From assembly GCA_963662715.1 (NCBI GenBank), contig OY759724.1, forward strand, positions 2,160,001 to 2,192,000: a DNA stretch of 32,000 bases. The letters are read 5' to 3'. Position 1 is the first letter of the stretch. Each line of letters opens with the position of its first letter. The translations under genes were made by a program, and so were the position numbers. The notes under the pieces are model-generated. The model was not told where the DNA came from. It ran no database searches and saw only the letters and a list, made by a program, of their open reading frames with translations. The DNA is from Candidatus Omnitrophota bacterium. Its GTDB lineage: Bacteria; Omnitrophota; Gorgyraeia; Zapsychrales; JANLHA01. Shown here one piece after another: positions 1-9,529 of this stretch.

Positions 1-2
1 CT

Positions 3-1082
3 TTGCGTTCCGTGCCGCTCGGCTCAGGATACAAAGGTCAATGTCAGCTCGGCCTGAAACAGCTGACCGTGGGCGCAAAAGGCTTGGAAACATTGTTGTT
101 GACGGGAAATATTAAAGAAGGCCAGGCCGGACTCCCTTACCGCGAACTGGTCCTGGACCATATGCAATTGCAATTCGAGCTGGATCCCCGGGATTTGAAC
201 TTAAAACATGTTTCCGCCGAGGTGGGGCAGGGCCGGGTTTCCGCCGAGGGCGTTATTTCCGATTACATGAATACCCAGGGATACTCTTTCCAGTTTAAGA
301 CCGAAGGGGTGTCTTTAGCTGATCTTTTACCCGAGATACATCCGGAGGTGCAAGTTCTCGGGAACATTCAGGGGGAGTTTGCCCTTGCCGGAGAAGGGTT
401 CCAGTATCCGGCCTTGTTGAGTCAACTGCACGGGCAGGGAAACGTTGCTGTTGACGAGGGGCGGTTAGAGGACTTTAATATTCTTAAAGTGTTGTTCGGC
501 AGAATAAATATTCTTCCGAATGTGAGTCTTCTGCAGGCCTTGAGCTCGGGGTTGCCGGAGAAATATCAGGATGTTTTAAACAGAAAAGATACGATTTTGA
601 CTGATGCCGGTGTGTCTGTGGCCGTTGAGCCCGGTGGGACCGTTCGGTTAACCCCCGTGAAACTTGTAACGGATTATTTGACATTCTCGGGTGAGGGTGA
701 GATGGATCTTGAAAACAATATGTCCTTCTCGTCCGAAGTGTTTTTGTCTCCTGATTTGTCCGCCAGTATCATCGACCGTGTCGAAGAAATGCAGGCGCTT
801 TTGGACCAGGATAACCGTATTAGAATCCCGCTGAAGCCTTTTAACGGACAGGTTCAGGATTTTCGAATGTATCCTGAGGTAGGCACCCTTGTTAAGAATG
901 TTTTAATCCAGAAAGGGAAAAGTGAATTTGAGAAGTTTCTGCATAAAGTGATTGAGGCCAATACAGATGAAGCCCCTGATGATGAACCGGGCTCCCCGCA
1001 GGAGGAGACATCCCCCGCAGAAGATGACAATCCTTTAGAAAAACCAATTATTGATCTTCTCGAGACAATTTTTCAGGATTGA
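3..1082 (+). CDS. AsmA-family-like envelope biogenesis protein, C-terminal fragment (5' end cut by window edge)
   Basis: The frame is open from the window edge to TGA at 1080-1082. G/L/V-rich beta-like segments (e.g. LHGQGNVAVDEGRLEDFNILKVLFGRINIL) resemble AsmA_2/TamB-type C-terminal regions from memory. The tail is acidic and P/E/D-rich. Family not verified. Confidence 0.4.
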   Translation: MRSVPLGSGYKGQCQLGLKQLTVGAKGLETLLLTGNIKEGQAGLPYRELVLDHMQLQFELDPRDLNLKHVSAEVGQGRVSAEGVISDYMNTQGYSFQFKTEGVSLADLLPEIHPEVQVLGNIQGEFALAGEGFQYPALLSQLHGQGNVAVDEGRLEDFNILKVLFGRINILPNVSLLQALSSGLPEKYQDVLNRKDTILTDAGVSVAVEPGGTVRLTPVKLVTDYLTFSGEGEMDLENNMSFSSEVFLSPDLSASIIDRVEEMQALLDQDNRIRIPLKPFNGQVQDFRMYPEVGTLVKNVLIQKGKSEFEKFLHKVIEANTDEAPDDEPGSPQEETSPAEDDNPLEKPIIDLLETIFQD

Positions 1083-1108
1083 GATTCTAGCCGGAATTCC
1101 GTGTGCTT

Positions 1109-1759
1109 ATGAGACATAAAAAAATATTCGTGACAGGTATGGCAGGCATCGTGTTTTTGATTTGTGCTGTGGTTTATTTGTTTTTTCGGATGTCTCGGCC
1201 CTTGGCGGATGATCATTGGAAAGATTATATGAGCCGAGAGACGTATCAGGCTTACCGGCTTCAGAAAGAACATCTTGCCCTTGAAAATGAACGTTTGAGC
1301 CGCCAGTTGCAGAGTTTACAGCGTATGATAGAACGCAAGGAGATTGTTTTGGAAAAGGTTAAGAAAGAGAATGTTCAATTAAGGGACAAGATCCAGTTGA
1401 TGGATGAAATCGCTCAATTGCAGGATTCGATCGCCGAGCTGAAACATAAGAATTCCCAATTGGTTGAAAAGGAAGCACAGGTTCAGAAGGGCCGGGAGGA
1501 AGACCGGGTCATGTCGTGGAACAGCCTTGAGGAAGCCCGGGCGGCTTTAACGAAAGAAAGGCTGCGAATTCAGTCTGTTAAAGAGCGGATAGAAATTTTG
1601 ACTTCGCAAGAAAAAGACGAGAAGGTTGCGGTCCAGCAAGAATTGGATAAAATTCAGAGTCATATGGGAAATAAGGGATATCTGGTCAGGGAAGGGACGT
1701 CTTTGCTTGGTGATGATGCCGGGAAGACCTTGTCCCCGGACGTGAGGAAAGATGAATGA
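1109..1759 (+). CDS. membrane-anchored coiled-coil protein, function unknown
   Basis: ATG at 1109 (a GTG at 1103 is also possible). There is an N-terminal hydrophobic helix (GMAGIVFLICAVVYLFF). It is followed by a long heptad-like E/K/Q/L-rich region (LENERLSRQLQSLQRMIERKE...). Confidence 0.6.
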   Translation: MRHKKIFVTGMAGIVFLICAVVYLFFRMSRPLADDHWKDYMSRETYQAYRLQKEHLALENERLSRQLQSLQRMIERKEIVLEKVKKENVQLRDKIQLMDEIAQLQDSIAELKHKNSQLVEKEAQVQKGREEDRVMSWNSLEEARAALTKERLRIQSVKERIEILTSQEKDEKVAVQQELDKIQSHMGNKGYLVREGTSLLGDDAGKTLSPDVRKDE

Positions 1760-1891
1760 CATGTTTTTTATGGAAGTGCGGGAAGCCTGCGTGTCTCCCG
1801 GAGGGTTCCAAGAAAATCTTTTTTGTCCCCGGGACCTGTAGATGAATATTTTTTTGTGTTATTTGCGGAGAACTGCTAAGATACTGATCAT

Positions 1892-2638
1892 ATGGCTGTG
1901 CAACGCGTCAGGCATTTAGATACAAAAGCGGGGGTCATTTCATACACTTTAACCCGTTCAGCCAGGAGACGGACGATCGAAATTTCTGTCTCAGAACAAG
2001 CGAGAGTGAGGATTGCCGCTCCCCGATATGCCCTTTTGAGGGATATCCATGACTTTATTCACCAGAAGTCGGATTGGATTGTCAATAAGTTAAGGGAAAT
2101 GAATCAATACCGGGAAAGCCTCCCCAGAAGGCAATACCGTGATGGATGTTTGTTTTATTTCCTGGGACAATCCTATCCCCTGCGGGTCTGTTCCGGAAAT
2201 GTCCGAAGAGCGAAGATCCATTTTGACGGAACACAATGGCGCGTGCAGTTGCCTCTCCAGATAACCGAGAAAGAGCAGACGGTTTTGGTGAAGCAGCAGC
2301 TCCTGAAGTGGTATCGTCAGCAGGCGGAAGAAATCCTGGGCAGCCGTCTGTTCCATTACTCGCGTCTTACGGGACTGGAACCGCAGAAGATCGCGATCCG
2401 CACCCATAGGCGCGTGTGGGGGAATTGCCATTATCAAAGGAAAGTGATTCATTTGAACTGGCAGCTTGTGTTCTTCCCCCAGCCGGTTATTGATTATGTG
2501 ATTGTTCATGAGTTAAGCCATTTGGATGTCCCTAACCACTCCAAGAAGTTCTGGCATAAGGTCGGTACTGTTCTGCCGGATTATAAATATTACCGGCAGT
2601 GGTTAAAAAATCATTCCAGGCAAATGGCTTTACCGTAG
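1892..2638 (+). CDS. DUF45/YgjP-type (M48-like) zinc metallohydrolase
   Basis: An HExxH motif sits in the typical context VIVHELSHLDVPNHSKKFWHKV near the C-terminus. The ~250 aa size is typical for the YgjP/SprT-like family. No Shine-Dalgarno is visible before the ATG. Confidence 0.75.
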   Translation: MAVQRVRHLDTKAGVISYTLTRSARRRTIEISVSEQARVRIAAPRYALLRDIHDFIHQKSDWIVNKLREMNQYRESLPRRQYRDGCLFYFLGQSYPLRVCSGNVRRAKIHFDGTQWRVQLPLQITEKEQTVLVKQQLLKWYRQQAEEILGSRLFHYSRLTGLEPQKIAIRTHRRVWGNCHYQRKVIHLNWQLVFFPQPVIDYVIVHELSHLDVPNHSKKFWHKVGTVLPDYKYYRQWLKNHSRQMALP

Positions 2639-2699
2639 ATGAGTTGTTGGCAAACATAGCAATTTTGGGTTTTATGATATTTTTTCAGGGAGGAGAAGC

Positions 2700-3287
2700 A
2701 TGAAGTTTTTAATTATTTACGGGCACCCGTATCCACAAAGTTTTAATCACGCCATTATGCAGGCCCTGGAGCAACAGCTGAAGCTGAACGGCCAGGACGT
2801 CCGTATCCGTGACTTATATGAACTGAATTTTGATCCCGTATTAAAAGCCGGCGAAATGGTGGGGTTTAAGAAATCCCGTTATCCCGAAGATATCCGGGTC
2901 GAACAGGAACATATCCGGTGGGCGGATGTTTTTATCTTCATCAGCCCGATCTGGTGGGGAGGACTCACGTCGATCATGAGGGGGTATTGTGACAGAGTTT
3001 TCAGCCTGAATTTTGCCTACGAGGAAACCGCCTCTGGTCCAAAAGGCCTGCTAAGCGATAAGAAGGGCTACCTGATCAATACCATTGGAGCCCCTTTTGA
3101 TGTTTATGATCAGTTAGGCCTGATCAACAGTATGAAGAAAACGATCGGAGAAATTATTTTTGGCTTTTGTGACATTAAGCTTTTAGGGCATAAATTTTTT
3201 GGTTCCGTTGGTATTTGTTCACAGGAGGAACGGATAGACATGTTGGAGGATGTCAAAAAAATTGCTGACGAGTTGGCGAGAGCGTGA
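2700..3287 (+). CDS. flavodoxin-like fold NAD(P)H dehydrogenase (quinone) / FMN reductase family
   Basis: The N-terminus MKFLIIYGHPYPQSFNHAI and the segment ADVFIFISPIWWGGLTS are typical of Flavodoxin_2 / NQO-type reductases. A strong SD (GGGAGGAG) precedes the ATG. Confidence 0.7.
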   Translation: MKFLIIYGHPYPQSFNHAIMQALEQQLKLNGQDVRIRDLYELNFDPVLKAGEMVGFKKSRYPEDIRVEQEHIRWADVFIFISPIWWGGLTSIMRGYCDRVFSLNFAYEETASGPKGLLSDKKGYLINTIGAPFDVYDQLGLINSMKKTIGEIIFGFCDIKLLGHKFFGSVGICSQEERIDMLEDVKKIADELARA

Positions 3288-3288
3288 A

Positions 3289-4107
3289 ATGCGAAAAACC
3301 GGTGTTTTATGCTTGATTTGTCTGACGGCGGCTTTGTCTTCGGGGGTTGCGCACGCTGAATGGGTTCAGTGCGGCGTGCAGAAAGTGTGGGTTCAAGAGC
3401 CCAACTTCCATGATTACGGATTAAAAGTGTATTACGCTGGAAACGGCCAGCTGGTTTTCTGGGATGAGAAGACCGAAAGCGTAAGATTCTGTTTCCCGGT
3501 TGAATACAGCAGTAGCCTGGACGGTTTCTTTTCGTTTAAAGCCGGTAAGAATTCTGAAGAGGAAAAGGTGGTCTTTGCCGTCAGCTTATTATTGCGGCCG
3601 AGATATATTGATATCGCAACAGGAACAGAAGTGTACGTGAGCATGACGGATAAAGGGACGTATTATATTGATTCCCAGCCGTATAAATTTCCGGGGGAGC
3701 CTGTAAATGTCATTAAGCAGTGGCACAGTCATGATAGCCTTATTGCCGATCCGGAATATCACAAAATTACATCTTCAAAAGAATGGGAGGATTTATGGCG
3801 CAGACACCAATCCCCCGGAGTGCCTGTGTTGTCCGTAAACTTCCGGAATAAGATGATCGTTGCCCTTTTGTGCGGTGTTAAGATTAACAGCGCAGGCATA
3901 GAGATTGTCGATGTGAGGGAAACGCAGGAGGAGATAGATGTTTATTTCCGGCAGCTCAGAGTTCGGGCCGAAGGGGGTGTTCTGTCCGGGAAATTAGCCG
4001 GTTTTGTGCTTCTTCCCCGTTCCTCAAAAAAGGTCGTTATTAAAGAGGAGACATTTATTGGAAAGGGGCTTCCTCTGCGGTGGAAAACGGTTGCTGTTGT
4101 TCGCTAG
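3289..4107 (+). CDS. secreted hypothetical protein (C-terminal half faintly PrcB_C-like)
   Basis: The ATG at 3289 lies 1 nt after the upstream TGA. The signal peptide is MRKTGVLCLICLTAALSSGVAHA. The C-terminal pattern KEWEDLWRRH...VNFRNKMIVALLCGVKINSAGIEIVDV resembles PrcB C-terminal domains from memory only. Confidence 0.55.
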   Translation: MRKTGVLCLICLTAALSSGVAHAEWVQCGVQKVWVQEPNFHDYGLKVYYAGNGQLVFWDEKTESVRFCFPVEYSSSLDGFFSFKAGKNSEEEKVVFAVSLLLRPRYIDIATGTEVYVSMTDKGTYYIDSQPYKFPGEPVNVIKQWHSHDSLIADPEYHKITSSKEWEDLWRRHQSPGVPVLSVNFRNKMIVALLCGVKINSAGIEIVDVRETQEEIDVYFRQLRVRAEGGVLSGKLAGFVLLPRSSKKVVIKEETFIGKGLPLRWKTVAVVR

Positions 4108-4174
4108 CTTATTTTTTTGCCAAAACTATTTGGATCACAGGGATTTATAGTAAAATGAATAAAGGAGCGATTTT

Positions 4175-4594
4175 ATGAAGGGAAAAAAGATCCTTATCGT
4201 TGACGATGAACCTGATGTCCTGAATGTTTTGGAGAAGAAGCTCGGAATAGAAGGCTTTGAGATCATTAAAGCGGATTGCGGCCAAACGGCCATAGAAAAA
4301 GCGGCGCAGGAACATCCTGATATGATTTTATTAGATATTGTTCTGCCGGATTTTGACGGTTCAGAGGTTGTTCAGCGTATACGGACGCACCCTTTCCTCG
4401 ACAAGAACATCCCGATCCTTTTCCTTTCCGGAATTGTTACCGGGGATACGAAAGAAGGATTGGAGGTGACCGTTGGAGGACAAACGTATCCGGCTCTTCC
4501 TAAACCGGTCACAATAGGAGAGTTGCTTAAAAGTATTAAGCGTTTATTCCCTGAAGATGTATCCCCCGCAAACGACGATTTCCCGAACGTATAA
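4175..4594 (+). CDS. single-domain response regulator (receiver only)
   Basis: Receiver residues are present: ILIVDDEPD acidic pocket, LLD54IVLP phospho-acceptor context, FLS85G, and K110 in ALPKPV. There is no output domain. SD AAGGAG lies upstream. Confidence 0.85.
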   Translation: MKGKKILIVDDEPDVLNVLEKKLGIEGFEIIKADCGQTAIEKAAQEHPDMILLDIVLPDFDGSEVVQRIRTHPFLDKNIPILFLSGIVTGDTKEGLEVTVGGQTYPALPKPVTIGELLKSIKRLFPEDVSPANDDFPNV

Positions 4595-4812
4595 TGATTG
4601 TCCAAGTTAAAGTCATCCCTGGGGCCAAGAAGAACATGGTTAAACCAGAGGAACAGCAGCTTAAGGTCTATCTGACAGCTCCTCCTTTGGAAGGAAAAGC
4701 TAATGCCTTGTTGGTGGAAATTCTGGCTGAACATTTTTCTGTGTCCAAAAGACAGGTGCATATTACAAAAGGATTGAAATCCAGGCATAAAACGATTATT
4801 ATAGACACTTAA
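4594..4812 (+). CDS. DUF167 (YggU/UPF0235) family protein
   Basis: The sequence KVYLTAPPLEGKANALLVEILAEHFSVSKRQVHITKGLKSRHKTIII matches the DUF167 consensus as remembered. The start overlaps the upstream stop (TAATG). Confidence 0.75.
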   Translation: MIVQVKVIPGAKKNMVKPEEQQLKVYLTAPPLEGKANALLVEILAEHFSVSKRQVHITKGLKSRHKTIIIDT

Positions 4813-4865
4813 ACTGAGAAATAAAATTTTAATGATTATTAAACACCGCAGTAGGGGAGGATGCC

Positions 4866-5315
4866 ATGCTTGTAGAGAAAATCGGTCAGGATTATATTCA
4901 GGCCATGAAAGCGAAGGATTCTGTCCGGGTCTCGACATTGTCTTTCCTGAGGGCCCAAATGAAAAACGTCATGATTGATTTGAAAGCCGCCCAGCTTTCC
5001 GATGAGCAGGTCCAGGATGTGATACGAAAACAGGTGAAGCAGCGGAAAGATTCCATTCAGCAATACGAAAAAGGCGGGAGGCAGGATCTGGCGGATAAAG
5101 AAAAGCTGGAGATGGGGATCTTGCAGTCGTATCTGCCTCCGGCCATGTCCGCCGAGGAATTAACTCCTTATATCCAGGAGGCCGTTCAGAACGTGAACGC
5201 CCAGGGGATGAAGGATATGGGGAAGGTCATGAAAGAGGTCCTGGCCAAAGTCGGGGACCGGGCGGACGGGACATTGATAAGTGAATTAGTCAAAAAAGTT
5301 TTATCTGAACTATAA
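4866..5315 (+). CDS. yqeY: GatB/YqeY domain protein
   Basis: The N-terminus IGQDYIQAMKAKDSVRVSTLSFLRAQMKN and the later segment ADKEKLEMGILQSYLP are characteristic of YqeY. An SD (GGGGAGGA) lies upstream. Confidence 0.8.
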   Translation: MLVEKIGQDYIQAMKAKDSVRVSTLSFLRAQMKNVMIDLKAAQLSDEQVQDVIRKQVKQRKDSIQQYEKGGRQDLADKEKLEMGILQSYLPPAMSAEELTPYIQEAVQNVNAQGMKDMGKVMKEVLAKVGDRADGTLISELVKKVLSEL

Positions 5316-5334
5316 GTTTGAGGTCTGCGCCCTT

Positions 5335-6111
5335 ATGCGAAGAGCCAATAGAATCTGTTTTCTTGTCTTTATGGCCTTTTGCGCCGTTTTTGCCGTCTTT
5401 TGGCTTGACAGCCATTACACGGTGCCGGTGATTATGTATCATAAAGTGGAGGTCAATCCTGACAACCACAGCGACACAGTCAGCCCGGAGACGTTTCGTC
5501 GCCAGATGCACTATTTAGAGTCGCGGGGGTATCAGGTGATTCCTCTGGACGAACTGATCTTGAAGACCCAGAGGGGGGATTATCTTTCCAAAAAGGCGGT
5601 TGTCTTAACTTTCGATGACGGATATGAAAACAATTATACGGAAGCCTTGCCCGTTCTCCAGCAATATCAGTATCCTGCCACCGTCTTTGTGTCTCCGGAT
5701 TTTATCGGGAAAGAAGGTTTTCTGTCCTTGGCGCAGATGAAAGAGATGCAAACCGTTGGTCTCCGGTTCGGGAGCCACGGCATGTCCCAGGCCTATCTTC
5801 CTGATTTAACCGATGATGTCAGAGTGCATGAAATCGCAGAAAGCCGGCGGATCTTACAGCAAGTGCTGGAGGCTCCCGTTGATCATTTCTGTTATCCGGT
5901 CGGAGGTTTTAATCATCGCATTAAGGAGTTCGTTCAGGATTCCGGCTATAAAGGAGCCATGGCGACGAACCGCGGGTATGACCGGTTTAATAAGGATGTT
6001 TATGAGATGAACCGGATCAGATTCAGCGATAACGATGATTCGGAATTTATCCTCTGGGCAAAATTATCAGGATATTATAATTTGTTTCGAAAATTAAAGA
6101 ACCCGGACTGA
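5335..6111 (+). CDS. membrane-anchored polysaccharide deacetylase (NodB/CE4 homology domain)
   Basis: There is an N-terminal TM segment and the YHKV segment. The TFDDG motif occupies aa 92-96. The PATVFV and GSHGMSQ segments follow in the expected order. Confidence 0.8.
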   Translation: MRRANRICFLVFMAFCAVFAVFWLDSHYTVPVIMYHKVEVNPDNHSDTVSPETFRRQMHYLESRGYQVIPLDELILKTQRGDYLSKKAVVLTFDDGYENNYTEALPVLQQYQYPATVFVSPDFIGKEGFLSLAQMKEMQTVGLRFGSHGMSQAYLPDLTDDVRVHEIAESRRILQQVLEAPVDHFCYPVGGFNHRIKEFVQDSGYKGAMATNRGYDRFNKDVYEMNRIRFSDNDDSEFILWAKLSGYYNLFRKLKNPD

Positions 6112-6166
6112 GCCGCTGTCTTCCCGGAGCCGAGTTGTTTTACTTTAAGAAGATAAGGAGTTAATA

Positions 6167-9100
6167 ATGAAAAGACCGAAAAAAGAAGCTTCAAGACCGC
6201 AGTATTGTCTAGATGAAAAAGGCTGTTTTGTGATTCAACAATATCAGCAAGCAAGACCGTTCAGCAATTTCTTCCCGGGTATCGCCGGATTGTGGGGCAT
6301 CCCGATGTGGATTTTTTATGTCAACCGGGGACAGTGTATTGCCAGTTTTGGTATTGAGAGTAAGGATAAAGCCATCAGTGAGTTCATCCCGGCCAATAAA
6401 GCCTATCGATCGACCTCTCTCCAAGGTTTCCGTACATTCTTAAAAATAACTGTTGGTTCAAAAGTCCATTATTGGGAACCTTTTCGAGATGAAACAGCTC
6501 AAGGAGCCACTCCTCAACAGACGATGAAGATCAGAGCGCATGATTTAACCATTGAGGATGTTCACCCGAGTTTGGGTTTGCGTGTCCGGGTGAATTATTT
6601 TACAATCGCGCAGGAGTCTTATCCTGCTTTAGTCCGGCGCGTGACATTTGAAAATCTGTCCCGGAAGGCTCTGAAAGTGGAATGCGTTGATGGCCTGCCA
6701 CTCATTATGCCGTATGGAATGAGAGACTGGGCATTGAAGAATATATCACGTACGATAGAGGCCTGGGTGAAAGTCCACAATATCCAGAACAGAGCCCCTT
6801 ATTATCATCTGAACGTGGAAGTTTCGGACACGGCCCATGTTCAGCATATCAAGGAGGGGAATTTTTATTTCAGCTTCCTGGAAGGAACCCGTGAAAGATC
6901 GTTGCTGGAGCCTATCGTTGATCCGGCCATTGTGTTTGCACAATCCACGGATTATGTCGTGCCCCAAGCCTTCCTGCAGCAGAAAAGATTTCAAATCCCC
7001 GCAGTTCAACATACGAGCAATCGGACTCCTTCCGCCATGAGTTATGCGCGGTTTTCTTTGCCGGCGAATAAAGATAAAACGATGGTATCCTTAACAGGTT
7101 TCGCCGCCAGCGAGAAGCAGTTGAACAGAATCGTGCGCCAGGCGACGGCCAAAGATTTTATTGGTCAAAAAGCGCAGGATAATCAACGCGTCGTTAATGA
7201 TGTCCAGAAGTATGTATGGATGAAAAGCGCTTCTCCTGATTTTGACCAGTATGTCGGACAGACGTTTTTAGATAATGTTTTGCGGGGGGGACTTCCGGTT
7301 TCGCTGAAGACGTCGAAAGGGAAAGTCGTTTTTAATGTCTACAGCCGCAAACACGGTGACCTCGAGCGTGATTATAATTATTTCTTTTTGTCTCCGACCT
7401 GTTTTTCTCAGGGTAACGGAAATTATCGGGATGTGAACCAAAACAGAAGAAATGACGTATGGTTCAATACGGATGTGAAGGACACCCATATCTTGACATT
7501 TCTTAATTTAATACAGGCAGACGGGTATAATCCCTTGGTGGTTAAGGAGATCTCTTTCTCAACAGAAAATCCTGATAAATTAGCCGCTTTAATCAAGAAA
7601 TGCCTTAAGGATCCTGGGCAGGATAGTCAGAAAATCCAAGATTTTTTCTCGGAGCCGTTTCAGCCGGGCCAGCTTATAAAATTTGTGATGGAGCAAGAGA
7701 TAAAATTAAAAGTTCCTCTGGACATATTCCTGGGAGAGGTTTTGAATATTTGTCATAAGAACGAAATAGCCGACCACGGAGAAGGATTCTGGTCCGATCA
7801 CTGGACATATAACCTGGACCTGATTGAAAGCTGTCTTGCGATTTATCCGGAATCTCTGCGGACACTTTTCTGGGATAATAAGCATTATAGTTTCTTTTTC
7901 AACTCGCATTATGTCCTGCCCCGGGCGCAGCGGTTTCTTCTTACGCCGCAGGGGGTCCGTCAATATTATGCTGTTTTTGATGATAGTAAAAATATCAATG
8001 CCGCGGATAAGGGATATAAACTGCGTGTGCAGAACGGCGAAGGGGAGGTGTATTACACGAATCTTTTTGCTAAACTGCTTTGTCTTATCGCCAATAAAGC
8101 GGCGACGTTTGACCCCAGCGGCCTCGGTATTGAGATGGAGGCCGGCAAGCCGAATTGGTACGATGCTTTAAATGGACTGCCTGGACTCCTGGGGTCTTCT
8201 ATCTCCGAGAGCCTGGAATTAAAGCGGCTTTGCCTTTTTCTCCTGAAAACCCTTGAGAAACTTCAGGTGGAAGATTCAGAGCTCCTTTGGGTCTTTGACG
8301 AGTTGGGAACGTTTGTGCAGGAACTGCACAGGCTTTTTTCCGAAGGCCCAGCGCCGGTCGATATGTGGCAGAGAGCGAATGATATCAAGGAACAATACCG
8401 TCTCCGTATCCGTAAGGGGATAGAGGGAGGGGAACGTGAATTGTCGGTCAAGGACATCCGGAAATTCCTGGGGCTTATCGTCGCCCGTGTTGAACGGGCC
8501 GTAGTCCAGGCGACATCCAAACAGGGCTTCATGGCCACCTACTTTTATCATGAAGTTACGGATTATGCCTTATTGGAGAAAACACATGAGGAAGCCCATT
8601 ACGTTTTGCCGGTTAATTTCAAATGTCACCGGCTGCCGCTTTTTCTGGAAGGATTTGTCCATTATTTGCGGGTTGAGCCCGATCAGAACAAGGCCCGTAA
8701 ACTTTATCAGAAACTTCGCAAGAGCCCGCTGTTTGACCCGAAGTTGAACATGTACAAGGTGAATGTCGATTTGTCTAAAGAGACGGAAGAAATCGGGCGG
8801 ACACGTATTTTTCCGGCGGGCTGGTTAGAGAATGAATCTATCTGGCTTCATATGGAATACAAATACTGTCTTGAGCTTTTGCGGGCGGGATTATACGAAG
8901 AATTTTATGAGACCATGCAGGATGTCCTGATCCCGTTTCAGGATCCTGCCAGGTATGGCCGCAGCCATCTGGAAAACAGTTCCTTTATTGTCAGCAGCGC
9001 TCATCCGGACACCTCGTTGCACGGGCAGGGCTTTGTGGCCCGCCTTTCCGGAAGCACGGCAGAATTTATTCATATGTGGCTGTGGATGTGTTCCGGCGCG

Positions 9101-9460
9101 GAACCGTTTTTTATTGACCAGAATAAAGAGCTGAATTTATCTTTAAAGCCGATTTTGCCGGCATGGCTGTTCCGTCAAAAGGAGGTCACCTGTGAATATT
9201 ATAATACCAATGACAACTGGCAGGTGACTCTTCCGGCCCACACCTTTGCCTTTAACTTCCTGGGGCATACGCTGACCGTGTATCACAATCCGCACAGAAA
9301 AAACACGTATGGGCCTGCCGAAGCCGAGATTGAAAAGATTACCCTGGAGTATTTTTCCCGTAAAGGGCTGATCACGATCAAAGGCCAGGTGATCCCTGCT
9401 CCTTATGCCGAGGATGTAAGAGAAAATAAAATAAAACGGATTGATGTTTATTTTGCCTGA
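6167..9460 (+). CDS. large (1097 aa) uncharacterised cytoplasmic protein, possibly an (alpha/alpha)6 glycoside phosphorylase/hydrolase-like fold
   Basis: The ORF is uninterrupted at 3.3 kb with SD AAGGAG 7 nt upstream. No signal peptide or TM segment is seen. The segment GKPNWYD666ALNGLPG resembles the DWND-x-LN catalytic-loop motif of GH94-type phosphorylases from memory. The functional call is weak. Confidence 0.35.
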   Translation: MKRPKKEASRPQYCLDEKGCFVIQQYQQARPFSNFFPGIAGLWGIPMWIFYVNRGQCIASFGIESKDKAISEFIPANKAYRSTSLQGFRTFLKITVGSKVHYWEPFRDETAQGATPQQTMKIRAHDLTIEDVHPSLGLRVRVNYFTIAQESYPALVRRVTFENLSRKALKVECVDGLPLIMPYGMRDWALKNISRTIEAWVKVHNIQNRAPYYHLNVEVSDTAHVQHIKEGNFYFSFLEGTRERSLLEPIVDPAIVFAQSTDYVVPQAFLQQKRFQIPAVQHTSNRTPSAMSYARFSLPANKDKTMVSLTGFAASEKQLNRIVRQATAKDFIGQKAQDNQRVVNDVQKYVWMKSASPDFDQYVGQTFLDNVLRGGLPVSLKTSKGKVVFNVYSRKHGDLERDYNYFFLSPTCFSQGNGNYRDVNQNRRNDVWFNTDVKDTHILTFLNLIQADGYNPLVVKEISFSTENPDKLAALIKKCLKDPGQDSQKIQDFFSEPFQPGQLIKFVMEQEIKLKVPLDIFLGEVLNICHKNEIADHGEGFWSDHWTYNLDLIESCLAIYPESLRTLFWDNKHYSFFFNSHYVLPRAQRFLLTPQGVRQYYAVFDDSKNINAADKGYKLRVQNGEGEVYYTNLFAKLLCLIANKAATFDPSGLGIEMEAGKPNWYDALNGLPGLLGSSISESLELKRLCLFLLKTLEKLQVEDSELLWVFDELGTFVQELHRLFSEGPAPVDMWQRANDIKEQYRLRIRKGIEGGERELSVKDIRKFLGLIVARVERAVVQATSKQGFMATYFYHEVTDYALLEKTHEEAHYVLPVNFKCHRLPLFLEGFVHYLRVEPDQNKARKLYQKLRKSPLFDPKLNMYKVNVDLSKETEEIGRTRIFPAGWLENESIWLHMEYKYCLELLRAGLYEEFYETMQDVLIPFQDPARYGRSHLENSSFIVSSAHPDTSLHGQGFVARLSGSTAEFIHMWLWMCSGAEPFFIDQNKELNLSLKPILPAWLFRQKEVTCEYYNTNDNWQVTLPAHTFAFNFLGHTLTVYHNPHRKNTYGPAEAEIEKITLEYFSRKGLITIKGQVIPAPYAEDVRENKIKRIDVYFA

Positions 9461-9529
9461 TTTTGAGTAAGGTGATATGCCAATCCCGGGGCAGTCGTTT
9501 TTTTGAAAGGCTTTGTCCGTCAAGCGGTC

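Noticed and set aside
1845-1891. Possible leaderless arrangement for the DUF45 gene (TTGTGT-17 nt-TAAGAT ending 8 nt before the ATG, no SD)
   Set aside because: Both hexamers are weak (3/6 and 4/6). The inference rests only on the absence of an SD, so it is not reportable without TSS data.
4372-4938. 188-aa minus-strand ORF spanning three + strand genes
   Set aside because: It overlaps the receiver, DUF167 and YqeY genes. All three have recognisable family motifs and proper SDs, and the antisense product has no recognisable features.
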